Below are positions 21,969-32,096 of a stretch of 64,000 nucleotides of DNA, piece after piece (position 1 is the stretch's first letter; the number at the start of each line of letters is the position of its first letter). The notes beneath the pieces are model-generated. The model ran no database searches. It was not told the origin of the DNA and saw nothing but the letters and a program-made list of their open reading frames with translations. The DNA lies in NCBI GenBank assembly GCA_963769425.1, contig CAVYLP010000001.1, positions 64,001 to 128,000 of the forward strand, read 5' to 3'. The DNA comes from Candidatus Bathyarchaeota archaeon. Lineage in GTDB: Archaea > Thermoproteota > Bathyarchaeia > TCS64. Both the position numbers and the translations under genes were made by a program.

Positions 21969-22730
21969 ATGGTACAAATCGAATTAACACTCCTAAGAGT
22001 ATTCATGACAGTGACCATGCTAGCCATCGCTGGATACAAAGACTTCAGGTATCGCGAGGTGAGTGACTGGATCTGGATCATTTTTTGCTGCATAGGAATA
22101 CCGCTAGATGCCTATGAGATCTGGGCAGGAAGCCTCTCAATCACATCACTTGCACTCGCATTGGGTTTTTCAGCTGTCCTAGCCATCGGGGGGTGGTGGT
22201 TCAACCTGTTCGGGGAAGCCGACCTCCTAGCTTTTCTAGTAATTTCCGTTATCAGCCCGATCACTCCTAACCTTGAATTAAGGCCACTTCTAATATCCCC
22301 CATCTTTTTTCCCCTAAGCTTGATCTCAAACTCAGTACTATTAGGGGCGTCTACAATCTTCATAGTTCTTGCATTAAACATCGTTAGCAAGAGAGAATGG
22401 TTCGAGGGATATGAGGGTCTTAGTGGAGCAGTAAAATTAGGTTTAATTTTAACCGCTAGAAGAAAGGAGATAGATTCGGTGAAGGGGCCACCATTCGAGT
22501 ACCCATTAGAATCAGTAAACGAAGACGGATTAATACACGTGAATCTCTGGCCTGACGTTTCAGACGATTCTAAGACAATAGAGACACTTAGACTGTTAAA
22601 GGAAAAGGGAAGGAAACGCGTGTGGGTGACCTATACTCATCCATTCCTCTTCATTCTTCTACTAGGTTACCTTACCACAATATTCTTAGGAGATATCTCT
22701 CTCTGGATTGTGAGCAGGTTCATCTATTAA
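21969..22730 (+). CDS. Prepilin/prearchaellin peptidase (A24, FlaK/PibD-like)
   Basis: DFRYREVSD and GEAD catalytic aspartates; C-terminal VWVT..PF archaeal A24 motif. Confidence 0.85.
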   Translation: MVQIELTLLRVFMTVTMLAIAGYKDFRYREVSDWIWIIFCCIGIPLDAYEIWAGSLSITSLALALGFSAVLAIGGWWFNLFGEADLLAFLVISVISPITPNLELRPLLISPIFFPLSLISNSVLLGASTIFIVLALNIVSKREWFEGYEGLSGAVKLGLILTARRKEIDSVKGPPFEYPLESVNEDGLIHVNLWPDVSDDSKTIETLRLLKEKGRKRVWVTYTHPFLFILLLGYLTTIFLGDISLWIVSRFIY

Positions 22731-22812
22731 AAATTCATTTGCTATGCTAATAGATGGATTCATGAACCATAAAACCTTTTAAAATATAACAGGAATCTTA
22801 GTCGGTAACAGG

Positions 22813-23337
22813 ATGGATAGGCCAAAGAAAGAAGGAACCCTTAGCTGTCAGTGCTCCGTTAATAGCGAGGGTACAGATCCACATGACATCCTGTGGTTGA
22901 GAACAAAATATAAATTCGACAATATCAAGATCGACGAAATAAAATCCATTCTAGTAGTCGATGAAAATTATCTCACAGAAACTCTACGTTCTATTCTAGA
23001 GGATTCAAACCTCCAAGTCGATGCAGTTCAAAGCGGCGCACAGGCATTAAGAATGATCATAAACAAACACTACGACGTTGTCGTGATGGAGGCTAATCTC
23101 CCCGGCCTCAAGGGCGGAGAAATGGCTCAGATCATTAAGAACATGTCCCCTGATACAAGAGTCGTCTTGATGACACGTGATGAGTACTGGGATGAAACTC
23201 TCAGAGACATAAACACCGAAGTTGACGAGGTGCTTCTCAAACCCTTTGCTCCAGAGGATCTTCTAAAGGTCATCCGGAGAATAACTGGTCAGAGAATCGA
23301 GAAAGCGGATCAGATAATGAAGCTCCCATTTGCATGA
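22813..23337 (+). CDS. Atypical receiver-domain protein
   Basis: Receiver fold (ILVVDE, YDVVVMEANLPG, VLMT, KPF) with Glu at the phospho-acceptor position. Confidence 0.8.
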   Translation: MDRPKKEGTLSCQCSVNSEGTDPHDILWLRTKYKFDNIKIDEIKSILVVDENYLTETLRSILEDSNLQVDAVQSGAQALRMIINKHYDVVVMEANLPGLKGGEMAQIIKNMSPDTRVVLMTRDEYWDETLRDINTEVDEVLLKPFAPEDLLKVIRRITGQRIEKADQIMKLPFA

Positions 23338-23463
23338 AATTAGGATTTAGGGGTTTAACAACGCTTTATTTTACGGCGCCTATCAAAGTTGGCCTCTCTC
23401 AATTCCTTCTGCGTTGAAAAAGGGCTATTTTTCGAAATTCAACCTCGCCATTTAGGCGCTAAC

Positions 23464-24337
23464 TCATACAAACGAAGCGATAATGTAAACGCCCGCAAAG
23501 ATGGCGGCGGAGCCAAGGAGGCGTGGGGCACCGTAGCCCTCTCCGAGTAGTGCAACGCCCAGGAGGGCACCGATTACGACGCTGATCTGCCTTAAGGCGA
23601 GGAGGTAACCCACAGGTGCTAGTGTCATCGCGACGAGGACCAAGAGGTACCCACCCCTCATCAGCGCCCCGGATAGTGTTATCCTCTTCCAAGTGTCTGC
23701 CCCACTCCGACGATAGGTTGCCCAACCCTCGTCTCTGGAGAATGATGGGTGTGAGGACTAATGTTATCGCTATCTCGAGCCAAAAATCGTATTGTACCGG
23801 GTCTAAGTGAGTAACCGCAGCCTGATCGCTGAGGGAATAGGCCGTTGTGCCTAATGCAGCTATGAGGGCGAATCCGAAGGCGGGACCCCTGAAACTGTGA
23901 AGTGGCTCGAACACGCTTGCTAGCCGGAGCGACTTTAGGTGAAGTATGTAGACGCCCAAGAGAACTAGGAGAATCCCAGTTATACCAGCTACTGTGAGCG
24001 GGTCTCCAAGGAACAATGCACCAACCACGGCCACGAAGAGCGGGGCGCTCCTCGCGACGGGGTAGACTACACTAAGGTCCCCAGCGTCGTATGCTCGGCT
24101 GAGAGCAAGGAAGTAAGCGGCTTCAGCTATTGCGCTGATGATGATGAAGGGGAGGATGCTTACTGGTAGGGACCAGTCCTTGAGGACTAGGATGAAGACG
24201 GGGAGGAGTGTGACTTGACTTGTCAGGTTGATGAGGAGCATGAAGGAGTCCTTGTCGCGTGAGCCCTTGGCGAGGTAGTTCCACGCCGCGTGTGACGCCG
24301 CACTGATGAGTATCAGGGCGACGGCGAGCGGCTCCAT
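23464..24337 (-). CDS. EamA/DMT-family transporter (frameshift near 23690)
   Basis: HAAWNYLAK, GDLSVVYPVAR; the second frame ends ALRQISVVIGALLG...GE. Confidence 0.88.
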
Positions 24338-24394
24338 GTAGGCTATGCAGCTGTAGGGGTTAAAATCATTAGCAGCGTCCCCTGAGTCTACTCC

Positions 24395-24958
24395 ATGGTT
24401 GACAGGTGCTTCGTGGCGGTCGACATAGATGATCCCTCGTTAAAAGCGGCGTTCGTGCGCGCCCAGGGTATAATCTTAGCGACGGGGGCGGATGTCAAGG
24501 CGGTTGAGGAGGAGAACATCCACATCACCCTAAAGTTCCTCGGCGAGATACCGGAGACGCGGACCACACAGGTCGCGGAGTTGGTCAAGGGAATAGCGTT
24601 CAAACCGTTCACGCTCGACTTCCACGGTGTAGGCGTCTTCCCTAACCCAAGCAGGCCAAGCGTAGTCTGGGCCGGTGTCCAAGGGGACGCATCCGAGATG
24701 CTGACAGTATTCACCGAGCTGGAGAAGGGACTTAAAGCACTAGGCTTCGAGCCTGAGAGGAGGCCATTCCAACCACACGTGACGTTATGCAGAGTTAGAA
24801 GCGGCAGGAACAGAGCCCAGCTCGCCGAAGCTGTGAAGGGGCTTGAGAACGAGGAGTTCGGCCCACTCAGAGTGGAGCATATCACCTTGAAGAAGAGCGT
24901 GCTCACGAGGAGTGGACCAATCTATACCACCATAGCCTTGTCGAAGACCCTCAATTAA
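24395..24958 (+). CDS. thpR: RNA 2',3'-cyclic phosphodiesterase (2H family)
   Basis: Two HxT motifs: HITLKFLGE and PHVTLCR. Confidence 0.94.
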   Translation: MVDRCFVAVDIDDPSLKAAFVRAQGIILATGADVKAVEEENIHITLKFLGEIPETRTTQVAELVKGIAFKPFTLDFHGVGVFPNPSRPSVVWAGVQGDASEMLTVFTELEKGLKALGFEPERRPFQPHVTLCRVRSGRNRAQLAEAVKGLENEEFGPLRVEHITLKKSVLTRSGPIYTTIALSKTLN

Positions 24959-25028
24959 GATGCCATTAGGACTTCGTCGGTAGATATTTCTACGATCTCA
25001 GCGTATCCACCCACAAGTGACGTGGTCT

Positions 25029-26423
25029 TTGCCTCTGCCTGAGCCTTGGAGCCGATTAAAGAGGGATATACTCGCGGAGGTTAAGCCCACCGAGCAAGAG
25101 TATAAAGAGATTACAGCCCTGGTTGCGAAGTTAAAGTCGGGTCTCATAACGGCACTGAGTGAGTGCGGTGTCGACGCGGATGTCGAGGTCCATGGTTCCA
25201 TAGCTCGAGACACTTGGCTACATGGGCAGCGTGACATCGACACCTTCATCATACTCCGCCACGGCTCGGGTAGGAAGGACCTGCTCAGGGTGAACGAGGT
25301 AGTCAAGGGCTACCTAGGTGAGGGCTGGGTCGAGGCGTACGCGGAGCACCCCTATGTTAAGAAGGAGATAGGGGGCTTCGAGGTAGAGTTCATACCCTGC
25401 TTCAAGGCCGAAGAGGGACGAGGCTTCGCATCCGCAACCGACCGCACACCCCTTCACACAGCCTACCTCCAACCTCGCCTCACAGACAAACTACGCGACG
25501 ATATCAGAATCTTGAAGGCATTCATGAGGGGCGTCGGCGTGTATGGTGCAGAGATCAAGGTTGGAGGATTTTCCGGCTACCTCTGCGAACTACTAGTCGT
25601 AGCATTCGGCTCCTTTGAGGGAGTTATTGGAGGCGACGGGGAGCTGGGGTGACCCCCCGGTGATACAATTAGAAAAGGTCGCCACACAAAAGTTCAGGGA
25701 GCCCTTGGTGGTCGTCGACCCCGTCGACCCAAACAGGAACGTCGCCTCAGCTGTTACCGAAACCACATTATGGACATTCGTCGCGGCCGCTAGGGCCTTT
25801 TCGGCCAAGCCTAGTATGAAGTTTTTCAAACCCGAGCCGCTGAAGGAATCAAGAGATTTACTGAAAAGGCTTCAGAAGAGGGGCTCCGACTTCCTATTCA
25901 TCGTTATCCCAGACAAAGATCCCCCCGTACCAGATACCCTCTGGGGTCTACTCTACAGGACCGAGAGGGCGCTGGGGAGGACCCTTGCGGAAAGAGGGTT
26001 CAAGGTCCTAGAGATCAGGTACCTGGAGCGACGAAGCTGAGAGACACATCTTCACCTACGAGTTGGAGTCAATCGCCTTATCACCGGTAGTCAAGAAGCT
26101 TGGGCCACCAGTAAGACTCGTCAGGGACTCCGAGGACTTCCTAAGTAAATACGAGGACTCCCCCGAGCTTGTAAGCGGACCAGGCATCGAGGATAGCAAA
26201 TGGTGGGTCGAGGTGGAGAGGAAGCATGAGTTCACAAGTGCCGACCTAAAAAGAACCCTATCCAACGACTCCGAAGAACAAGGCGTCCCGAAGAGGATGG
26301 CAGACCTGCTCAAAAGGGACGGAAATGTGTTGCTAAACGAGGAGATCGGGACGGAGTACAGCGGCGAGTTCCCCAAATACCTCGAGACGCTTCCTCAGGG
26401 GAAGGCCTGACTGGCTTGGCTGA
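25029..26423 (+). CDS. cca: Archaeal class I CCA-adding enzyme (three frameshifts, near 25620, 26010 and 26384)
   Basis: GSIARDTWL..DID, YAEHPY, DRTPLH, GFSGYLCELL, DPVDPNRNVA spread over successive frames; the final frame ends FLRGRPDWLG*. Confidence 0.92.
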
Positions 26424-27198
26424 CAGGGTCCCACTCATCGAGCTCATAACACACCCCAAGGGGTTCCTGATCTGCTGGCCGATCTGGGACGCTAGCGCGG
26501 CTGAGACCCGCATCAACGAGCTTTCGAGGCTAGGGGTCAGGGCAATAATATTCGATGGTCCCCATATTGTTGACACCATACCCGTCCTCGGTAAGGGTAA
26601 CACCTCTATCGTCTTGAAGGTGGAGACGGAGAAAGGCATCTGCGCCGCGAAGATAAGGAGGACAGACACTGATAGGACCGACTTCGAGGAGGAGGCGAGA
26701 CTACTCGGTGTGGCAAATAGTATCGGTGTTGGGCCGAGGCTCCTAGGCTGGGGGCGCTGGAGTCTCCTGATGGAGCTCATCGTTGGGCCATACCTGAGCG
26801 TGTGGGTGAGGGGGCTCGGCCCGGCTGACGCGGTAACCCTGAGGGGGGTTTTAAGAAAGCTCGTTTTACAGGCTAGGAGGATGGATGAGGCTGGGCTCGA
26901 TCACGGCGAGCTGGTTAGGCTCCGGAGGCACACGATCTTGCGTGGGCTTGAGCCGGTGATAATCGACTTCGAGACGGCGAGTACAAGCAGGCGTGTCGCT
27001 AACGTGACGACTGTTATGCAATCCCTTTTTCTAAACACCATAGCGAGCAGCGTCATAGGAGGTATCATGGGGCTCCCGGATAGGGAGGAGCTGCTCGGGG
27101 CGCTACGAGCTTATCGGAGGGAGATGAGCGACCTCCGCCTCAACACCCTTCTCCGTGTGGCTGGGTTGGAAAAGGATTTCACCTCTCCTGCAGACTAA
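26416..27198 (+). CDS. Atypical (RIO/Bud32-like) Ser/Thr protein kinase
   Basis: LGKG, AAKIRR, HGEL, IIDFE motifs; start overlaps the end of cca. Confidence 0.82.
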   Translation: MADRVPLIELITHPKGFLICWPIWDASAAETRINELSRLGVRAIIFDGPHIVDTIPVLGKGNTSIVLKVETEKGICAAKIRRTDTDRTDFEEEARLLGVANSIGVGPRLLGWGRWSLLMELIVGPYLSVWVRGLGPADAVTLRGVLRKLVLQARRMDEAGLDHGELVRLRRHTILRGLEPVIIDFETASTSRRVANVTTVMQSLFLNTIASSVIGGIMGLPDREELLGALRAYRREMSDLRLNTLLRVAGLEKDFTSPAD

Positions 27199-27204
27199 TA
27201 GGTC

Positions 27205-28389
27205 ATGGAGTTCAAGGAGGCGGCTCGCCGAGCGATCGACGAGCATGAGGAGGTTCTCGTAGACATCAGCCGGAGGATACACGAGGAGCCCGAGCTCGGC
27301 CATCAAGAGTACAAGGCGTCTTCCCTACTGGTTGAGGCCTTGGAGGGACACGGCTACGATGTAGAATTAGGGGTCTCGGGGATGAAGACCGCCTTTATTG
27401 CTCGTGGACCAGTTAGGGAGGGTCCGACAATCGGTATACTAGCTGAATACGATGCCCTTCCAGGAATAGGGCACGCCTGTGGACACAACCTCATAGCTGC
27501 GTCCGCGTTGGGCGCCGCAATCGGCCTGTCAGCAGTTGCTAAGGAGCTTCCGGGGAACGTGGTTGTCTATGGTACTCCTGCGGAGGAGGGGGTAGTGGAG
27601 AACGCCGGTGGAAAGGTTGTAATGCTCGATGAGATACGAAAAGCGAACGCTGTCATCATGGTTCACCCCGCAAACATGTGGGGGAGCTACGGTACGAGCA
27701 ACGCCCGCGAGAGCTTCCTCGTAGAGTTCTTCGGCAAGAGCAGCCACGCGGGCGGAGCCCCAGAGAAGGGGATAAACGCCCTAGAGGGGGTCATCCAGAC
27801 CTTCAACGGGATAAACGCCCTCCGCCAGCACATCAACAGGGACGTGCGCATACACGGCATAATCAAGCGTGGCGGGGACAGCCCCAACGTCGTCCCCGAC
27901 TACGCCAGCGCCCACCTCTACGTCCGAGCACCTACTATGCCCATGCTCGAGGAGTACTATGGCAAAGTACTCAACATCATAAAGGGAGCGGAGCTCGCCA
28001 CAGGTGCAAGGAGCAAAGTCACCCGTGTCGCGAACACCTACGCCAACTCGCTCCCGAGTAAAACCCTCACCGACCTTTTCAGGGAGGAGATGCTGGAGAT
28101 CGGCGTCGACTTCCCTGAGGAGAAGGAGTTGAGAAAAAGCGGTGGAAGCACTGACTTCGGAAACGTGAGCCAGGTGATCCCCGCCCTGAGCGCCTACGTC
28201 AACATAGGCCAGGTTGTGCTCCACAGCCCGGAGGGTGCGGCGATGACCGCGACACCCGAGGCACATGCTGTCATGATACAGGCGGCGAAGGCCCTCGCAT
28301 TCACAGCCATCGACCTTATAACGAGACCCGAATTGTTGGCGTCTGCGAGGAGAGAGCACTCAAAGCGCCTCTCGGAGCAGAAGAATTAG
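27205..28389 (+). CDS. M20-family amidohydrolase
   Basis: HEEPELG, EYDAL, HACGHN, GTPAEE, GSTDFGNVS. Confidence 0.92.
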   Translation: MEFKEAARRAIDEHEEVLVDISRRIHEEPELGHQEYKASSLLVEALEGHGYDVELGVSGMKTAFIARGPVREGPTIGILAEYDALPGIGHACGHNLIAASALGAAIGLSAVAKELPGNVVVYGTPAEEGVVENAGGKVVMLDEIRKANAVIMVHPANMWGSYGTSNARESFLVEFFGKSSHAGGAPEKGINALEGVIQTFNGINALRQHINRDVRIHGIIKRGGDSPNVVPDYASAHLYVRAPTMPMLEEYYGKVLNIIKGAELATGARSKVTRVANTYANSLPSKTLTDLFREEMLEIGVDFPEEKELRKSGGSTDFGNVSQVIPALSAYVNIGQVVLHSPEGAAMTATPEAHAVMIQAAKALAFTAIDLITRPELLASARREHSKRLSEQKN

Positions 28390-28466
28390 CTCCAATAGGC
28401 CAAGTTACACGTTATTTCAGGGCTAGTAACCTTTTTACTGTGGGTGTTGTGTCTAGTGTTGGGTTC

Positions 28467-28543
28467 GGGATCGTGGTCTAGCTTGGTAAGATTCGTGCCT
28501 GGGGCGTACGAGTTCGTGAGTTCAAATCTCACCGATCCCACCA
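28467..28543 (+). tRNA. tRNA-Pro(GGG), CCA encoded, no intron
   Basis: Acceptor GGGATCG/CGATCCC, anticodon arm CGTGC-CTGGGGC-GTACG, T-arm GTGAG-TTCAAAT-CTCAC. Confidence 0.95.
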
Positions 28544-28598
28544 ACCTCTGAACTCACCGCAGTTTTCGGGTCAGATAACTAAGTATGATCAGCAGGTC

Positions 28599-28856
28599 TT
28601 GCTCATCCTCGAACACAGCTTCTGGCTGAAGAAGCAGGGCTACCGACAGACAGCAATCGATACCGCAAATCACTCGCTGAAGGCTCTGTCGAAGACTTGC
28701 GACCTTATGGAACCTGAGTGGGTCAAGGAGAACATCGCATTCAGGCAGGTCTCTGAAGCCCAGAAAGAAAAACTCTGCAGCGTATACGATAGATTCTGCA
28801 AAAAGCACAATTTGATCTGGTCCATCCCCTTGGATAGCCGCGCGCGTATTCTATAA
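28599..28856 (+). pseudogene. Truncated tyrosine-integrase-like fragment
   Basis: FWLKKQGY..TAI....LK.L....DL..PE.VKE.IA....S...KE.....Y.RF......W resembles the N-terminal domain of archaeal tRNA-targeting integrases (from recall); no catalytic domain. Confidence 0.65.
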
Positions 28857-28925
28857 TAATCCATTTTTCAAATCGATAATCTATTTATTAGATAAAAGAG
28901 ACAATAAACCCAAGGAAGTCTAATC

Positions 28926-29243
28926 ATGAAGATAACGGAAGCCTTCGTAAGCGCCAGCATCTCTAGTTATGTCGCATGCATCTTCCTGGCATTAACGGGA
29001 ACCCCACCAATACCTAACCAACCAGCATTACAACAGAGCATTCTCTACGCTCTCTTCATGGGGCTCCTTATAACGAGCATCAAACTGAAGTACGTCAACC
29101 TGAGAAGGTTATGCGGCGCAATCTACGGGTTTATCGCCATGGTCACATTCGCTGGCAATATCCAGTGGGCTGGCGGCCCTGGCGCATCGTTAGCGATGGC
29201 GATATGGGATCTCTGCCTCGGCATCACCCTCTTCATGATATAA
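28926..29243 (+). CDS. Hypothetical small membrane protein (element cargo)
   Basis: 105-aa ORF with about four hydrophobic helices. Confidence 0.6.
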   Translation: MKITEAFVSASISSYVACIFLALTGTPPIPNQPALQQSILYALFMGLLITSIKLKYVNLRRLCGAIYGFIAMVTFAGNIQWAGGPGASLAMAIWDLCLGITLFMI

Positions 29244-29410
29244 GGTTACTCTGAAGAACGATTTTAAACTAATTTCTCCAAAGTGTTTTACACTACTATC
29301 CGTGCAAGATACATTGAAGGAAAAGAACTGTGCACTACGAGGTGCTTGTATAAAGCATCATGTAGATGACCTACTGTGCACTGTCCGCAGCGTACGTTAC
29401 CTGCAGGAAT

Positions 29411-30385
29411 GTGGAAAGGTTGAGGGTAGCTATAGCTGGAATGGGGATCACGGGTGCTTACCTATTTAGGCTCCTTAAAAAGGAGGGGATTAATCCGGAG
29501 ATATATGAAGTAAAACACAGCACCGCATGTGGAATACACTCCTGTGGTTGGGGGACCTCGCTGGGCTTTGCGGAGCTTACGAAGGCGGTTAACCTCGACC
29601 CCGAGACTTATATCACTGAGAGATTCGACAACATAACCTTTGATGGTATTAGGCTAAGAGCCGAGTTTTATACATTCGATAAGCCGCGCTTCATCAAAGA
29701 TCTGGTTGAATCGGCTGATGTAAAATATACGCCTCTTAACATGTCTTCCTTTGATCGGGTTATCGATGCTACAGGTGTCGCAAGGGCGTATTTACCCCCA
29801 ATTAAGAGCGACTTATTGATGAATTGCGTTGAATACCGGGTTAAAGCGAGTGCTTTGAACCATATTGAAGTGAAGATTGGTGGTGGGGGTTATGCGTGGC
29901 ATTTCCCGCTAGGAAATTCTGTACACATTGGCTACGGGTCTTTTACTGAGGATCCAATTGGTAAAGTTTATGGGAAAACCTTGTCTGGATGGGACATCGC
30001 TAACCCCATCTGCGGATGCCGTTCAGTGCTCCGCGCCTCGGCACCTGAAGCATCCAGGCCATTTGTACTGAATGGTTCTCCACAAGTGATTGGGGTTGGG
30101 GAGGCGATTGGATGTGTCTCGCCACTCGTTGGCGATGGGATTGTGCATGGTATGAGGAGTGTCCGCTTATTATTGGACTGTTGGGATGACCCCGAGGCGT
30201 ATACTGAGAAGATTTTACGTGAATTCGAGTGGCTTGACGAGGAGAGAAAGGTTGTGGACAAGATGGTTCATTCTGAGAAACTGAACATTCTCGATGCCCT
30301 CGTGCTGCTCAGGAACTCGCGGAGAAGGATGGGAATAAAGATGAGTATCCTAGACGTTTTGAGAATGTCACGGAGCTTTAGTTGA
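29411..30385 (+). CDS. FAD-dependent oxidoreductase, geranylgeranyl-reductase-like (element cargo)
   Basis: VAIAGMGITG Rossmann motif, GYAWHFP, VGEAIGCVSPLVGDGI; start probably 29411 or 29420. Confidence 0.82.
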   Translation: MERLRVAIAGMGITGAYLFRLLKKEGINPEIYEVKHSTACGIHSCGWGTSLGFAELTKAVNLDPETYITERFDNITFDGIRLRAEFYTFDKPRFIKDLVESADVKYTPLNMSSFDRVIDATGVARAYLPPIKSDLLMNCVEYRVKASALNHIEVKIGGGGYAWHFPLGNSVHIGYGSFTEDPIGKVYGKTLSGWDIANPICGCRSVLRASAPEASRPFVLNGSPQVIGVGEAIGCVSPLVGDGIVHGMRSVRLLLDCWDDPEAYTEKILREFEWLDEERKVVDKMVHSEKLNILDALVLLRNSRRRMGIKMSILDVLRMSRSFS

Positions 30386-31173
30386 GAAAGCCGTATAAGT
30401 AGATATAGAAAGATTCTTTGGACTGAGTGGTTTGGCAATCCCTTTTCAGTAGAACCGCTCTTATTTTCGATTTTTCGAGATTTTAGTTTGTAAACGATTT
30501 TGAGGCGTAGGTATATCTATTTCCTCATAAATCTAGAAATGGCGCCATTTCTCTCCAGATTCAATAGTCTTATCCTCACTTCCACCGTGCATATGTTGAT
30601 AATCAACTAATCGCTGGTTTAAGAAAAACATAAAAAGGGGACTTGCGGGGGAAATCTCCACGGTTCGGCGGGTTCAAATCTCTCCGATCCCACCATTTAA
30701 TTCACTCGTCCCACCTTTAGGCGGGTTTCCGAAACAACTTCACGCCGTCCACATCTGTTACATAATCGAAGCAAAGCTCCACGAGTTCAGCAGCATCCTG
30801 TATAGTTCTAACGACTCGCGCGTGCTGCCTTCTCCCGAAATTGGTTAAAGGCGGTCTAAAATGGTTATAAAATACAATTGAACCAAATAAGGCAACAAAT
30901 GAACCCATTTAACATCGAGATGCTGAACCACCTAAGAGACGGTAAACCCAAGGCGCGCCCGTAATTAATCCCTTAGTATTTTCCCATATCCATATAAAAA
31001 TCTCGCCGTTCAAACAGATAGATTGTTCTTCACGTGCAAAGTCTCGATTAATCGCTTAACTCGTGAACTTGTTTCCTATTAATTCGACTTTAAGACGGAC
31101 TCAGCTACGGAGGAACCGTACTCTTCAGTGTTCGTGCACGCAGTCAGAAAAAAACAAGGAAAGAGGGACTCGG

Positions 31174-31332
31174 TTAGCTCGTTACCGGTGTTGTTTCTTC
31201 CCTTAGTTTTTCTAGGTTACTCCTCGCAACTACCTTGAATAATTTCATCTCTATCGATTGGCGATTTTCTCGGATTTTTGTTTCTTGAGCCTTCAGGATA
31301 GCAATTTTTTTACGAAGATTGTCTTCGCTCAA
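31174..31332 (-). CDS. Small hypothetical coiled-coil protein
   Basis: MSEDNLRKKIAILKAQETKIRE... from TTG 31332, with TATA-like tracts upstream. Confidence 0.45.
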   Translation of the reverse strand: MSEDNLRKKIAILKAQETKIRENRQSIEMKLFKVVARSNLEKLREETTPVTS

Positions 31333-31587
31333 GGTTTGAAGACCCGATTTTAATATAATTTTATATAAGATAAAAGTATCCATAAATATTCTAAAAAATA
31401 AACGATTATCCCAAATTCATAGATTCTGTATGAACTGCGGTTCTATACTACCATTAAATTCAAAGTATTGAGGTTTCGCTGCAAGATGCTTATGCGATAA
31501 TTAAATCCCAAATCACACCGGTCATCCTCATTCCATTAATCCAGTGAGGCTCAGGTTGGTTTAGTACTTCGCTTATAAAAGAAGGAA

Positions 31588-31905
31588 TCATCGACTGAAA
31601 TCTGACCTGACTTCAGTAACAGAAATATTTTTCACTTTACCAAAAAGAGACTTGTGACGTTCGATAACCAGACCCCTACGACTTAACTCCTTTTCAATGA
31701 GTGCAATGCCTCTATCACTCCAAAAATAACGACTATTCACAAAATCAACCAGATTACTCCTGCGAAGCGCCCTTCGAATGACCTCCCAATCTGGACGAAT
31801 CCGGCGAGACACATACAAGTTAATGATTTCATCCCTCCAGAAATCGAAGACGTTCCTATCACTCTGGTTGCCAAGCTCTTTTTCCACGTCCTTCGTTAAG
31901 GTCAT
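31588..31905 (-). CDS. Hypothetical protein
   Basis: 105-aa ORF with GAGG upstream; no recognised motif. Confidence 0.55.
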   Translation of the reverse strand: MTLTKDVEKELGNQSDRNVFDFWRDEIINLYVSRRIRPDWEVIRRALRRSNLVDFVNSRYFWSDRGIALIEKELSRRGLVIERHKSLFGKVKNISVTEVRSDFSR

Positions 31906-32096
31906 ACAATTTCCGCCTCATTAAGACGATTTTGAGAGAGCTATCGATGCTCTGGTTATCATTAGATGATCGCTGTTTTTAAAAAATGTCTTTTGTGTGA
32001 CCGTGTCATGAAGACAAGCTCCGGCTGGTCTGGTAGGTGTAAGCGCGAATTCTCAATAAGGAGGTAGAGTTGCCTGGATGAAGATATTCAGCAAAA

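Larger units (their letters stand above)
28520..30695 (+). mobile_element. Relic integrated element in the tRNA-Pro 3' end
   Basis: Direct repeat GTTCAAATCTC(A/T)CCGATCCCACCA at 28520-28543 and 30672-30695 (23/24); integrase-like remnant next to the tRNA. Confidence 0.82.

Noticed and set aside
12286-23400. Element integrated at tRNA-Gln
   Set aside because: No duplicate of the tRNA 3' end and no integrase seen; the AT-rich tract starts before the tRNA.
25029-26423. cca as a real pseudogene or programmed frameshift
   Set aside because: All catalytic motifs are intact and similar indels occur across the window; assembly error is simpler.
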